The notes: a model not told the origin generated them from the letters alone. A stretch of 64,000 nucleotides of DNA from the human T2T-CHM13v2.0 reference genome, Homo sapiens (GCF_009914755.1 NC_060927.1), one strand, 5' to 3'; positions 51,356 through 64,000 are shown, counted from the stretch's first letter. A program made the numbers and translations.

Positions 51356-54300
51356 CTGTGCTGGAATTACAGGCAGGAGCCACCATGCCCAGTGAAAGAG
51401 GTCTTTTAGACTCTGAAATATTATTTTAAATTATTTATTACAAAGCTTTTAATTATTTTATGTATACACATAAAGAAAAATGCAAGCAGACTATATCATC
51501 TTGGGCAGATTACATGACTTTTCTAAGCTTCAGTTTCAATTGGTTATGAAATTCCTACAATATATTCACAGTCAGAGTCCCACTCTTTTGAATCTCTTTT
51601 TGACTCACTCATCACTGACCATGTTTTCCCACCAATTACTATTTGATGCACAGTTATTCCTTATGACCTCACTATTTTCTTCAAGATTTTCATCTTAACT
51701 CTGACCCCTGTTCTACAGGTTTTGATACCTGTCACTTTATTAATCTTACCAGAAGATATCAATAGGTATTTTTCTTTTGACAACAAGGACTTACACCCTT
51801 TCCCAATGGTCCTTTGATGGTTGGTTGGTTGAAAACTTGGAGATTGCTGTTGTCCACTCTTACTAACAGCAATAACAACTATATAGTTTTGGGTATATTT
51901 ATTTTTAAACACAGCTGATGTATATCCACTATCTAACTACAACCAAAAAGTGAAATTATGACAAATGTTAAAAGGGGATTGTGCCTGTTTCAGATAACAA
52001 TAGGCAGTTCATTAGCTCAGTCATTATCCTCCAATTGTGTGTGTATGTGTGCATGTGCACTTGTGTGTGCATGCAAATACAGAATAACATTTTGGGGAAG
52101 ATATTCTTCAGAAGTATTTTAAAGTCAAAAATTCAACATAGAAGAAATGTTTGGTGATTGGCAGTTATGCAAAGCTTCACAATGATAGCATTGCCTTTCT
52201 TCATCTATGTTCATAATATTCAACTTTTTAGTGTCTTTAATATTGACAGGATCATTGTGAGACATATTAAAGAGCTCCAAGATTCACTGGCTTATCCTAC
52301 TTGACTACACTTATATTTATTGTTTTCCTCAGTTGAATCACATGTTGCTCAAAGTAAAAATGCTACCACTCAATTAGCTGAAAATTTCTGACAAGCTGCT
52401 ATCAAACACCTTAAAGATAGTCCTGTGCTACAATTGAATTAGTCACACAAGCTTCTCATTTGTTTTGATATTTCATCAATCTACTCTGAGATACACAGCA
52501 ATTTCCCTTACCTTGGGTTGCATTGCCTTTTATATGATAGCCATTCTTTTTACAAACATCTCAGTAATAAATACGTGAATATCTCATATGTGTGGATCCT
52601 ATTAAAGCTTTGGTTATTCTTTACAAGAAATTATGGATTTGTATTCATTCCTCCTCTAATGAATATTTGCTTCATTAATATCAAGTCTATGCCCCACTGC
52701 TCTGTTTTCATGCTCTTCTAAGTACACAATAACATATTGTTTTAATGCCAAATCACAGAGTAATCTTTTTGATGACGTTTTTAGCAATGCACATAACTCA
52801 ACTTAAGTGACAATAGAATAGCTATAATGGAGTTCCCACATGTGCTGGAAATAACAATTCCATCAAGATTTAGCCAGCAGTGATTGTAAGTTGCCCTCAG
52901 CTATTAAAATATTAGAAAAAAAATGTGCTTTACAACAACAAAATATTGTTGATTCCTAGAAAACTCAGAAAAATGAAAATTCCAAAAATTCTTTACTTTT
53001 TTCTCAACTGACAATTTCACCCATTTACTTCTTTCTCACTGGATGACTTCCCTTTCTACATTACATAGAGATTAGAGGTGTTATAAGTAAGCTGCTTATG
53101 TTCTCATGTGTCTCATCCGGCCTTTGTTCCTTTGCTTACATCTCAAAGGCAAAGATATTCTTTTTCCTTTCCAGGGATAAACTCTCTCTTTTGCTCTTGG
53201 ACTGGCAAATCTGTGTACATAGCTAACACCCCAGGTGACTGATGAAGGTAGTTTCCAGATCAGTTTAATAAATAATGTTGCTACTATCTTTCCACTGAGA
53301 GTTATCATCTTGTTATAAGTATACATAGGCGGCAATATAAGTTTTCTGTTCCTTCTGTTCCCTTCCTTTAAGGTAATCACTATTAGTAGAAAATTGTTTG
53401 TCTTTTTGATGTTACACTCAAAAGAATACAGATGTTCTAAACTATTCTAAACTGAGGACACCATGAAACTTTAAAACAAGAGTATTAGTTGCCTTGACTG
53501 CAAAATACTCTATTGACTTTAATCCTTTGAGGGTGAGAAGAATAAGAAGAAAGATGAGAGAAAAATCTGTGAATGATAAAAGGTAAAGGTACTTCTGGGC
53601 ACTCATCGAAGGCTGGTAGACTATGCACTAAAGGGAGCTGTGGATAAAACCTAATACAGTTTCTTACCTTTCTCCATAAGCTATGTGGGTTTGAATCTAA
53701 TAAATTAAAAGAGAGCTACTGGAGCTATACACACCACCAGACATCATAAGGCACAATGGTGAGGTTATATTTCATTTCAAGTGTCTTGGAAACTATCTAC
53801 TTCCTTTCATTTTACTCTGAAACTTTTGAAGTGTATTTGATCCTTGCTGCCTCCACTTCCTTTCCCACCATGAGTTGGTCTTTAATTCCATGCATTTTGA
53901 CTTCCTGTCCCTATATTAATGAAGCTGCATTTCTGAAGGTCATCGGTTATAATTACAAAATAAAATGTCTTTTTCTCCATTTCATATTTTTTATACATTC
54001 TGTATGATATTTAACAGTTTTGACTACTCATCCTTGAAATTCTGTTTCCTTCTGACTTTCCTAACACTAAATCAGGGTGGTTTAACTTACTTATTTGTGT
54101 TGTTTATTTTTCTTGTAATAAGCTCAAATTTTACAAAAGGAAGAAACTAAGAGAAGTTGGTAAAAGAAGATGGTATATTGAAAGAAAATTCCTACCAGGA
54201 AGTCATAAAATGAAATAATTTGGAAACATATAGCTCTCCAACTCTCTATTCCCAAATTGATTTTCTTTAATGCATGGTAAAGGGGTTAAGACAAAAAGGT

Positions 54301-54714
54301 ATTTATCAGGTAAGAAATATTCTCTCAAGCATAAAGACAAGAAAGTGAGCATGTTATCTTTCTCCTATAGGCAAAAGGACATTTAGTAACATGCTTTTAG
54401 AAATCACAAACAGAGGTGATTTCTTGATTCACAATAATTTCTTTCATAACTGGATATAGCCCATTACTTAGTGGCTACATCTGTACTCAATGCTTTGTAT
54501 TCTGAGTGTACCTGAATCAGCAGGGGTAGACATTTGACCCAAATTAGGAATACAGATTTGTTAATCTTGGAATTAGACATTTACAAGGAAGTGACACAAA
54601 GGTTTGCTGGGCATTTTATCTGGGTCCTGCTAATAAATATCAGTATCTAGAGAAAAAGAGGAGTTCCTCAAAGTGCTTACAGTTGCCCTAGCATCTCCTC
54701 TTCAGATATACAAC

Positions 54715-54945
54715 ACAGTGCTCAATCTTTTAATTAAAGGTGTAATTCAATAACAAATACTGCATAAATTTACAGAGATAATCTAGCATTACCTGGTCCC
54801 TCATGTAACACTCCATAGGGGAAGGATGTGTTTTTCTCCTTTGTTGTTCCTCATAGGTTTTGGAATGTGCACAAAGTTAAATCGTATGAAAATTTTGGTA
54901 ATTAAATATTGTTAGAAAATGTTGCTCTTTTCAGGTTAAATCCTT
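54715..54945 (+). repeat. Direct repeat copy 1 of ~235-bp element with no recognised TE match
   Basis: Aligns end to end with 55624-55865. Confidence 0.97.
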
Positions 54946-55049
54946 CATAGAGTTTCATTATAAAGTTCAATCCATTTTTTTGTATCTCTTAACCATTTGT
55001 TTACCGTCTTGGCTCAGAGAATGCTTGTATGTTCAGAGTTACTTTTTAT

Positions 55050-55210
55050 TTTCTATTCTTTACAACACACCTGTGAGTTAACAAAATATGATTATTCATA
55101 CTGTACAGATGGTGGGACTAAGGTATAATGCCATCTAAAAGCTTAATAGCAGAGTTGAAACCAGAATTTATGATTCCCCAAACCTCACGTAGAGCAATAT
55201 TTTCTGTGAT
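55050..55210 (-). mobile_element. MIR fragment
   Basis: TTACAACACACCTGTGAGT...TACAGATGGTGGGACTAAGGT...TAATAGCAGAGTTGAAACCAGAA. Confidence 0.65.
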
Positions 55211-55623
55211 ATCCCTGCCCTCTCTTTAATGTTCATGAACAAAAGGCTGCATATAATTTCAATTTCAAATCAAAATGCCAACTACATTTTCAGAATGGGT
55301 TTGGTCTTTCACTTCAGTACACTAAAGATAATGTTATCAATTATCTTATCAGATCAGGTTACCAAAGATTCTATCAAGCTTTGTTACAGATGTAATGCCA
55401 ATTCATTTTTTATCATCATAGTTTATTTTAAAGTTTGTTTTTTGCCTATCTCAAAGAGTATGTCAGAAACATAATTCTTGGTTGATTTTAGAAAGTATTA
55501 TCTTCTGTTTAATTATGCTTCAGTTTAATTCCTTTCTGATTTCTTCTTTGGGGCAGGTTTATTGAAAGCAAGCAGTGATTTCCGGTGGAAATAACGTGTT
55601 GAAAATAGCACATGCCATAAAGT

Positions 55624-55865
55624 ACAGTGCTCAATCTTTTAATTAAGGTATAATTCAATAATAAATACTGCATAAGCTTACAGTGAGCATCCGGTATTAG
55701 CTGACCGCTCACATAACAGATACTGAAACACTCTCAAGGGGCAGGATGTGTTTTTCTCCTTTGTTGTTCCTCTTAGGTTTTGAAATGTGCATAAAGTTAA
55801 ATCATATGAAAATTTTGGTAATTAAATATTGTTAGAAAATGTTTCTGTTTTCAGGTTAAATGCTT
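55624..55865 (+). repeat. Direct repeat copy 2 of ~235-bp element with no recognised TE match
   Basis: Aligns end to end with 54715-54945. Confidence 0.97.
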
Positions 55866-56454
55866 AACCCTACATGCCAGGTTTGGAAACCTGTCAGTTT
55901 AATCATTCAGAGTAAATCACATCTTATGCCAAGAAACATGAAAATTCAAATTAAACATATTTGACTACTGATAAAGAAAGGACAGAGGAAGAAAAATAAT
56001 TTGGACTGATATACTTTTGTTCCTTTTTATAAAACAGCTATATATCAATATTAATAAAAAGGTATTTTTCCAAAAACCTGAGTACAGGAAGAAAAGGTAT
56101 TGGCCTGAGTATGTATTTTACCAATTCCTTTTCTTCTAGGGCCAATTTTGTACTAACTCAGTTAACTGAATACATAGGATAATATATCAATTAATTTACT
56201 ATAATGCAGAGCAAAATAAATCTTTGCAACATTTATCCTTTAAAATTAAGATTTATTAATGGATTTTCAAAGTTTAGCTTGCCATCCGTGTTGTTCTGAC
56301 TTTCTTTCTGTCAGTTAATGAAGCGCAGGGGCTAACCTAATTCATATGATTCCCATCTGTCATCTCTGCAGCAGTGATGAAACCCAAAATGAAATTCCAT
56401 TCTTCATTCAATTCCTGTACCTTGATATTAGTCAGGTAATCAAGCACAACTCCC

Positions 56455-56597
56455 AGACTCTTGCGTTTTCAGATGAGGAAACTAAGGTCAAGTAACTTGC
56501 CCTGGGTCACACAGAAAGACATCATAAGAAAAGGGAACAGATCCAGTAGCCTTGGACTTTCTTAGACATTTCCAAGACCACTGAACCATACTACCTT
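56455..56597 (-). mobile_element. MIR fragment
   Basis: TTTTCAGATGAGGAAACTAAGGTCAAGTAACTTGCCCTGGGTCACACAG. Confidence 0.85.
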
Positions 56598-56807
56598 CCA
56601 GGTAATTGCCTTTTGTAACATCAAGTGGGTCACATCTTTTTTTCTTTGTAAGCAGAAACCATCTCTTTTTCTTTCTTATTTTTCTTCTTTTAAACGGGCA
56701 TGTAGAAATGCTGTTCTCTATTTAGTATTTCTGGTAATTATCTTCAAGAAAATCAGAATACAAATTTAAAGTACTCATTAACATGCTGATTAGGAATTTC
56801 TCTCAAA

Positions 56808-56950
56808 GACTCAAAAGGCTGGAAGAGACCCCCAGAGATCATCTGATCTAGCCCCTGACTTCAGGCATGTTTCACCTAAACAGTTTCAGGCAGATGGAAA
56901 ACTGTATTTATGACCCCCAAGGAGAGAGTCCCCAGCCTCCCTTGACAACA
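56808..56950 (-). mobile_element. L3/CR1 3' fragment
   Basis: GGCTGGAAGAGACCCCCAGAGATCATCTGATCTAGCCCCTGACTTCAGGCA resembles an antisense CR1 3' end. Confidence 0.6.
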
Positions 56951-57974
56951 CAACCTTGGGCTTAGATCTGCTCTTCTACATAATGGGTTATGTGCAAAAT
57001 ACAGAAAAAAGAACCTGCCCTCCCTTGTAATGTCAGATATTACTAATACGACTAAGATTATCCATATATGTTTGTATTCAAATATCTTCTTATCTGATCA
57101 ATATTTCTGATTCTATTTTGGAAAAGTCTTCCTAGTCATTAGGCATTCTTTTACATAAAACCTGTTCTGATTTATTTTTCAATTTGAAATTATATCCTCA
57201 AAGATACTGAATGTCGTTACAATTTTAATTGAGTTGAAATGTCTTTTTAGGCTTTTCTGCTTCTGCAATGAAGAATGTATCCCATAGAAATGCTAGTACT
57301 TTCTCCCAATCCCTACCCCTTCACGCTAACCAGGATAACTTCAGACTGGGTTTGAGAGAACTGTGAGAACTAAAAACTACTTTTCATGGCTTAGAAATTG
57401 TATGATGACATGTTCACATCATGACTTGTCCATGAGAATTGCCTTCCTTACTTTAAATGTAATCTTCATGATCCCAATCCCATTTCTGCTTATGTTTTAT
57501 CAGAGACTGATCTCATCTTAGACCAATTTTGCTTCAGTCCTAAAATAATTTTCTGTTTACATTAAAATCATACTATTTTTATATGAATGTTAATGAGTGT
57601 GTTTCTAAATCTCCACATTGAATGACAGAAAACATTTACTAGGGGAAAAAAAAAAGTTCTTATCCCAAATGTATCTAACAGAATGAGAAGTTTTCCCAAG
57701 AGGCTGGCCTCTGATGTTTATACAATCAGCCTCAGTACACTACATAAATTATGCCCTGGGCATTGAAGGTGGTAGAAACATCCTGTCATTTCTTCATATG
57801 CCAAAATGTCTGAATGTATCAACAATTTGTACAGATTGCTGAGAGCTTGCCTTCTAGATCTTCTCTCCTCTCCTTTATTTTCTCCTGCTTTATTAAGACA
57901 GATCTACAGTACAGGACAAGCATTGGGTTGAAAGCTGGATCTTGCGGGTTCCTAGTTGTAGACCTTCTGCTGAA

Positions 57975-58148
57975 AAACAGGTGTGCAATTCTGTGAGGTG
58001 TGGCAATTCTCTGTTATGTGTCCTGATATACCTATTTGTAAAATGAAGTCCTTATAATAGATGACCTCTAAGGTCCCTTTAGCCTCTAAAATTTTAGCAT
58101 ACATAAATGAACAAATGAATAAATGACAAATGAATAAATGAATGACAA
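57975..58148 (+). mobile_element. MIR3 fragment followed by (AATG/AAATG) tandem tail
   Basis: CCTATTTGTAAAATGAAG...TAGATGACCTCTAAGGTCCCTTTAGCCTCTAAAATT. Confidence 0.75.
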
Positions 58149-58307
58149 TATACAATTATTGAAAATGTTGATCTAGTTCTGCCTAGTTTGTCTTTTTACA
58201 ATAAAAATTGAATGGCATTTCTCAAATATGCATTTTTAAGACATATTTTTAAAGTCATTTGTATGGGTATTTCAACTAAATTATTGAGTGTCTTAATTAC
58301 ATCTATA

Positions 58308-58600
58308 TTTTTTATTTTTTTTGAGACAGAGTCTATCACACAGGCTGGAGTGCAATGACATGGTCTCGGCTCAATGAAACCTCCACTTCCTGGGTTCAGG
58401 CAATTCTCCTGCCTCAGACTCCTGAGTAGGTGGGGGACTACAGGTGTGCTCCACCATGCAGGGATAATTTTTGTGTTTTTAGTAGAGACAGGGTTTCACC
58501 ACGTTGGCCAGGCTGGTTTCCAACTCCTGACCTCATGTGATCTGCCTGCCTCAACCTCCCAAAGTGTTGGGATTACAGGCGTGAGCCACTGTGCTCAGCC
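58308..58600 (-). mobile_element. AluS
   Basis: T tail, both arms, ends GTGAGCCACTGTGCTCAGCC. Confidence 0.96.
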
Positions 58601-58647
58601 CAAATGTATTTTAATCATAAACTTGATGTAGATTGAATTTTTTTTTA

Positions 58648-59002
<355 letters not shown>

Positions 59003-59132
59003 TTAGGTGCCAGATATGTGGAGGATAAAAGAAAAAGGCAGTCAGTTACTGAAACATTTAAAATGTGCTGATGGTTAATACCATGAATGCAGCTTTAGCC
59101 CCAAATTAAATGTCAATTAAGCAAAATTTTTA

Positions 59133-59462
59133 GGCTGGATGTGGTGGCTCATGCCTGTAATCTCGCCACTTTGGAATGCTGCAGTGAGGGGACTGCTTGA
59201 GGCCAGGAATCTGAGAATAGCCTGGGCAACATAATGAGACCCTGTCTCTTAAAAATCAAACAAACAATCAGACAAAAAATCAAAAAACAAATTTAGCTGA
59301 GCTTAGTGGTATACACCTGTAGTACCAGCTACTTGGGAGACTGAGGAGGGAGGATTGCTTGAGCCTGGGAGTTGGAGGTTGCAGTGAATTATGATTGCTG
59401 CACACAGGAGGAGGTACCATCTCTAAAAACCCCAAAATGATAATATTAATAAATAAATAAAA
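59133..59462 (+). mobile_element. AluJ with expanded linker and a deletion near the 3' end
   Basis: GGCTGGATGTGGTGGCTCATGCCTGTAATC...GGAGGATTGCTTGAGCCTGGGAG...GCAGTGAATTATGATTGC. Confidence 0.93.
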
Positions 59463-59849
59463 CTTCTATTAAATACTAAAGTGGCTTTACGTATCCACAA
59501 AGCAGGCCTTGGAATAAAGTATTAAACCAAGTCTGTTCCAATGAAAAATGTCATGTCAGGATTTGTACAATTCATCTTTCCTAGAAATCTTCTAGGGTTG
59601 ATCTGAGAAAACATCAGGAGTCCTTCTGCCAAATGAAAGCCAATTAGGTCAATATTTTGAACATGTCTAACCATAATGGACAATGATAGCAAAGGACAGC
59701 ATATTCGTGTCAATAATGTCAACAGTGACCTTAATAAACATATGGAAGATGTTAGGTACCATTGAGAAAGCAATCTGCAACTGGAATAGCCCAAAGAATA
59801 TCATGTAGGGCCAATGAATATATACTTTATTTAAAAACTTAGTCTTATC

Positions 59850-60347
59850 TATGGTAGGCAGAATGTTGTCCCTCAAATATGTCCACATTCTAATCCCTGG
59901 AACCTGTAAATATATCATGCTACATGGCAAGGGGGAATTAAGATTACTGATGCAGTCAAGGTTGCTAATCTGCTGACTTTAAAATAAGGAAAATATCAGA
60001 TAATATTTGAGTGGGTCCAATGTAATCCAAGAGTCCTTAAATGTGGAAGAAGAAAGCGCAAGAAAGTCAGAGTCAGAGAGAGATCTGAAGATGATAGGCT
60101 GCTGCTGTTGAAGATGAGAAAGGGGCAAGTAGCTAAAAGAATGCCGTCAGCTGCTGGTTGCTAGAAAAGGCAGGAAACAGATTCTCCCCAGAATTTCCAG
60201 GAGTGCAGCCCTGATGAATCATTGACTTTATCTCAGTGAGACCCATTTCATACTTCTGGCTTTCATAACCATAAAATGATACATTTGGGATTTTTAAGCC
60301 ACTAAATTTGTAAAAATCTAGTAGAGCAGCAATAGGAAATTAATACA
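59850..60347 (+). mobile_element. MLT1D solo LTR
   Basis: TATGGTAGGCAGAAT...CTAATCCCTGGAACCTGTAAATAT...AAGGTTGCTAATCTGCTGAC...GCAGCAATAGGAAATTAATACA; ~500 bp. Confidence 0.92.
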
Positions 60348-60616
60348 GCATCCTTCTGTCCCCAAATGAGGGACAACATCCAAGAGAGTTGGGAGAAACA
60401 ATGTCTGAACAATCTCTCTTATAAATCAATATCCTCTCCCACCTAAAGTCAAAATGGTTCTTAAGACTCTCCACACCTCTAAATGAAGCAGATGTTGACA
60501 CAGTAACTGTTGTAATCCATAAAGTCTGTTTTGACATGATAATTCAACTTGTTATTCTAAAGTACAAAGTTAATCCTCTTAATACAAGGTACTTTGCCTG
60601 TGTGATTAGTTGTCAC

Positions 60617-60979
60617 TATATTAGTCTGGTTTCATGCTGCTGATGAAGATATACCTGAGAGTGGGAAGAAAAAGAGGTTTAATGGACTTACAGTTCCACA
60701 TGTCTGGGGAGGCCTCACAATCATGGTGGAAGGCAAGGAAGAGCAAGTCACATCTTACATGAATGGCTTCAGGCAAAGAGAGAGAGCTTGTGCAGGGAAA
60801 CTCCCCTTTTTAAAATCATCAGATCTCATGAGACTTATTCACTACCAGGAGAACAGCACTGGAAAGACTCACCCCCATGATTCAATCACCTCCCACCAGC
60901 TCCCTCCCACAACACATGGGAATTATGGGAGCTACAATTCAAGATGAGATTTGGGTGAGGACACAGCCAAACCATATCA
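60617..60979 (-). mobile_element. THE1A/B solo LTR
   Basis: TATATTAGTC...CACAGCCAAACCATATCA; perfect 5-bp TSD GTCAC. Confidence 0.96.
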
Positions 60980-63024
60980 GTCACCATCCAAAATAGATTC
61001 TCCTTATTTTGGTAAAGACCCTGTCTTAATACTTCTTTATAACTCTTCATGCAATGTATAGAATAGGTCATCACTAAATATGATTATTCAATGCATTATC
61101 ACAAGGAACACTTAAAAGTGAGTCTCAGGTAAAGAGCCATCCCACCACAGGTATAAATACATATTATTGACAAAATTCCAACACACTGAATGTGTAGGTC
61201 TTTGTTTATGAATAGTTGCCTAAACATTTTATAATATAAAAGTAATATTCAAATTCTAACTTTTTATTGCATTCTTTTAAAATGGTGGTTAGTAGCCAAA
61301 ATTGTAATTCTCACAAATAAATTAGAAACTGCAAGTATGGATAAGCAATTTTCATATTAAACTCTTGAAAATATGATACAATATTCTTCCAGAGTGTGAA
61401 CATTATACACATTCAGATATTACTTTTCATTACTGCTGCATCTATCAATAAATTCATGGTTATACATTTTAGATATTCTTATATCTAAAAATTATTTTTA
61501 AAATTGTTTCAGTTTTTCATCTGATCTTAGGCATGTTTGAGCTTCTGAACTACTTCTTGTATATAGGAGAAACAAATTTAAGTGAAGGTATTTTTTTAAT
61601 GGGGATATATTTTAAAATATAATAAACTATAGCCCAATTATTGACAATATTTCTAAACAAAATTTCTACTCAGAAATTCAATCATTTATGTAATTTTGTT
61701 AGTGACTCCAAGTTGTATAGCTATCTATGGCATCTTGTAATTTAATTCTTGTTGTAGACTTTTTAATTTCTTTGGACTTTTAACTTCTTTGGAACAGATT
61801 CATGTATAGATCATTCATAGATTCCTCAGAGTGAGGAATCTCTCTAGCACTACACATTTCATATAGTAGTTGCTCTATAAGGATTTGTTAGATGACTAAA
61901 TTAAAAAATGCATAGAAGACCATATAAATGTAGCTTGAAATGGTGATTATAAAAAGGCCACCTTATTTGTATGGAAAACGTAATGCCATTGTTTTAGTAA
62001 ATTATTCATACTTAGTAATAAACATCCAGCCAGCACCTCTCTTAATTCCTATTCATTTAAAACATAAAGTGGGATAGCTATTACAGTTTTATTTTATTTT
62101 ATTGAAGAACCAAATCCATTACTCCCATACTTACGTTTATTTCTATTTTGTATGGGAGTAGCTCTGCACTCCACAGTCCTTATTGAATTGAAGAGCAAAT
62201 ATATACATATGCTGTGTTGTGCCAGGGGGCACAAATTCTGCTTTGATTTACTCATGTGAAACTCCTATTAACACTGTGAGGAATTCAGGGCAAAGTTTAG
62301 TTTATTTTTCAAGAAGGATCATGTTGTTACATATTCCAAATAACACATGAAGTCTTTTAGACTTTAAAACCAATGATGTGCAGCCATACACATTTCGGGT
62401 ACTCATTTAGCTTTCCATTGACTAAGTCTCTGAATAGTCTCACCCATTCTTTATGGCACATAGTTTTAAAAGCAAGATTTGACAAAGAGGGAAATGTGCT
62501 GAGTTCCTGGAGCTATTAAAGTATAAATGTAAAAATTATGAAAAAATTCCAAATTTAAGGCTTACATACTGAAACATGAAAATAATGTTCCATGCGTTAT
62601 TTGGTAAGAAATATACAAAAATTATACATGTGTTTAATTTGTTGATTGTTGTCATTTAGTCAGCTAGAATAAGTGCTGCCTACTTGCTCTGAATTTGGAT
62701 AAGTTGAGAGAAGGGAATGAAGACAGAAAGGGAAGATATAGCAGAATTTCCTTCTAGTTAACCCTCTCCTGAAACCAGACCTTCCTCCGTGAGTAAGTGT
62801 GGAAAGTAACAATCTTAGACAGGTCAACACTCTTTTCACTGTCCTGCCCCTGAGCAAATACAACCTACCTGGATACCATCTCAAGAAAACTGACAAACAG
62901 CTTACATTGCTGGTTATAGGGTCTGAACACTCAAAGAGTCTGTCTTCACATATTCTGGCTGAACACCTTACTAACTATAAAATTTGGGGAAACCATTTTA
63001 TTTCTGTATTGATTGCTTACCTCT

Positions 63025-63734
63025 TATTATGGGCTGAATGTTTGTGTCCCCCCAAAATTTAAATGTTGAAACATAATTCATATTGTGCTAGTACTAAGAG
63101 GTGGAGCTTTTGGAGGTGTTTAGATAATGAAGGCTCCACTCTTATCAATAGAATTACTGCCCTTACAAAAGAGGTATGAGGAAGCTTATTGATACGGTTT
63201 GGCTGTGTCCCCACCCAAATCTTATCTTGAATTATAGTTCCCATAATTCCCACGTTGTGAGAGGGAGCTGGTGGGAGGTAATTGAATAATGGGGGCAGGT
63301 CTTTCCCCTGCTGTTCTCATGATAGTGAATAAGTCTCACAAGATCTGATGGTTTTATAAAGGGAATTTCCCCTGCACACGTGCTCTTGCATGCCACCATG
63401 TAAGATGTGACTTTGCTCCTCCTTGCTTTTGGTCATGATCGTGAGGCCTCCCCAGCCATGTGGAACTGTGAGTTCTCTCTTCTTTATAAATTACCCAGTC
63501 TCAGTTATGTCTTTATTCGCAGCATGAAAATGAACTAATACACTTATTCATTCCTCTAGCCATGTGAGGACACACAGAAGGTGATATCTATGAAAAACAG
63601 TCCCTCACCAGATGTGGGACCAGCTAGAACCTTTATTTTGGACTTCCCAACCTCCAGAACTGTGAACAATAAATCTGTTTATAAATTACCCACTCTAAGG
63701 TATTTTGCTATAACAGCCTGAATAGATGAAGTCA
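63025..63734 (+). mobile_element. MSTD/MLT1A-type LTR split by a THE1B LTR
   Basis: TATGGGCTGAATGTTTGTGTCCCCCCAAAATT... resumes after insert with GCCATGTGAGGACAC...GGACTTCCCAACCTCCAGAACTGTGA. Confidence 0.88.
63190..63542 (+). mobile_element. THE1B solo LTR nested in an older MaLR LTR
   Basis: TGATACGGTTTGGCTGTGTCCCCACCC...GAACTAATACA; perfect TSD CTTAT. Confidence 0.96.
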
Positions 63735-64000
63735 CTTATAAGAAATGAGATATTTTAGACTTGAAAAATGATGATTCTCTCTGTGCTAAGCTTCTACATA
63801 TCTCTAAAAAATTTTTCAATGTTATATAGGTTAATGTTTTATTCTTAATTTTGTTTATGATAATCATGTAGCATCATGATAGTCACTGTAGCATTATTAA
63901 ATATAAAGCAGAATACAGTGTAGTTAGTGAAATAGCAAAACAGCTTAAAGTATGCTCAAATTTGAATCCATGTGAAACATGAAACAAATGAGTTGATGTT

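Larger units (their letters stand above)
50376..51393 (-). mobile_element. AluJ host, split into 50376-50559, 50950-51051 and 51358-51393
   Basis: J-type ATCATAGCTCACTGCAGC and CTCCTGGGCTCAAGCAATC; pieces are collinear; outer TSD GAAAGGGCTCTCTT/GAAAGAGGTCTTTT. Confidence 0.9.

Overview
AT-rich, CpG-poor primate (most likely human) non-coding DNA, either intergenic or deep intronic. I see no recognisable protein-coding gene, RNA gene or CpG island. The only ORFs matching a known protein are broken Tigger1 transposase fragments, plus decayed L2 reverse-transcriptase motifs outside the ORF track. The window is a layered transposon landscape: Alus of the J and S families and FLAM monomers; about 11 MaLR elements (THE1/MST/MLT1, including one near-complete THE1 provirus); a near-full-length Tigger1 with three nested insertions; MER20, MER47A, Charlie1, MER5A and MER104 DNA-transposon fossils; and L1M, L2, MIR and L3 fragments. 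The most notable unexplained structures are: (1) a ~235-bp apparently non-repeat element duplicated 909 bp apart with mosaic divergence; (2) a chain of well-formed minus-strand candidate exons downstream of a minus-strand THE1 LTR; (3) a templated copy of an AluJ 5' end plus its flank amid micro-repeats; (4) a triply nested AluJ; (5) a closely spaced inverted Alu pair. Repeat subfamily calls come from recalled consensus sequences, not database searches. Boundaries of old repeats are approximate. I cannot claim a demonstrated new biological system.
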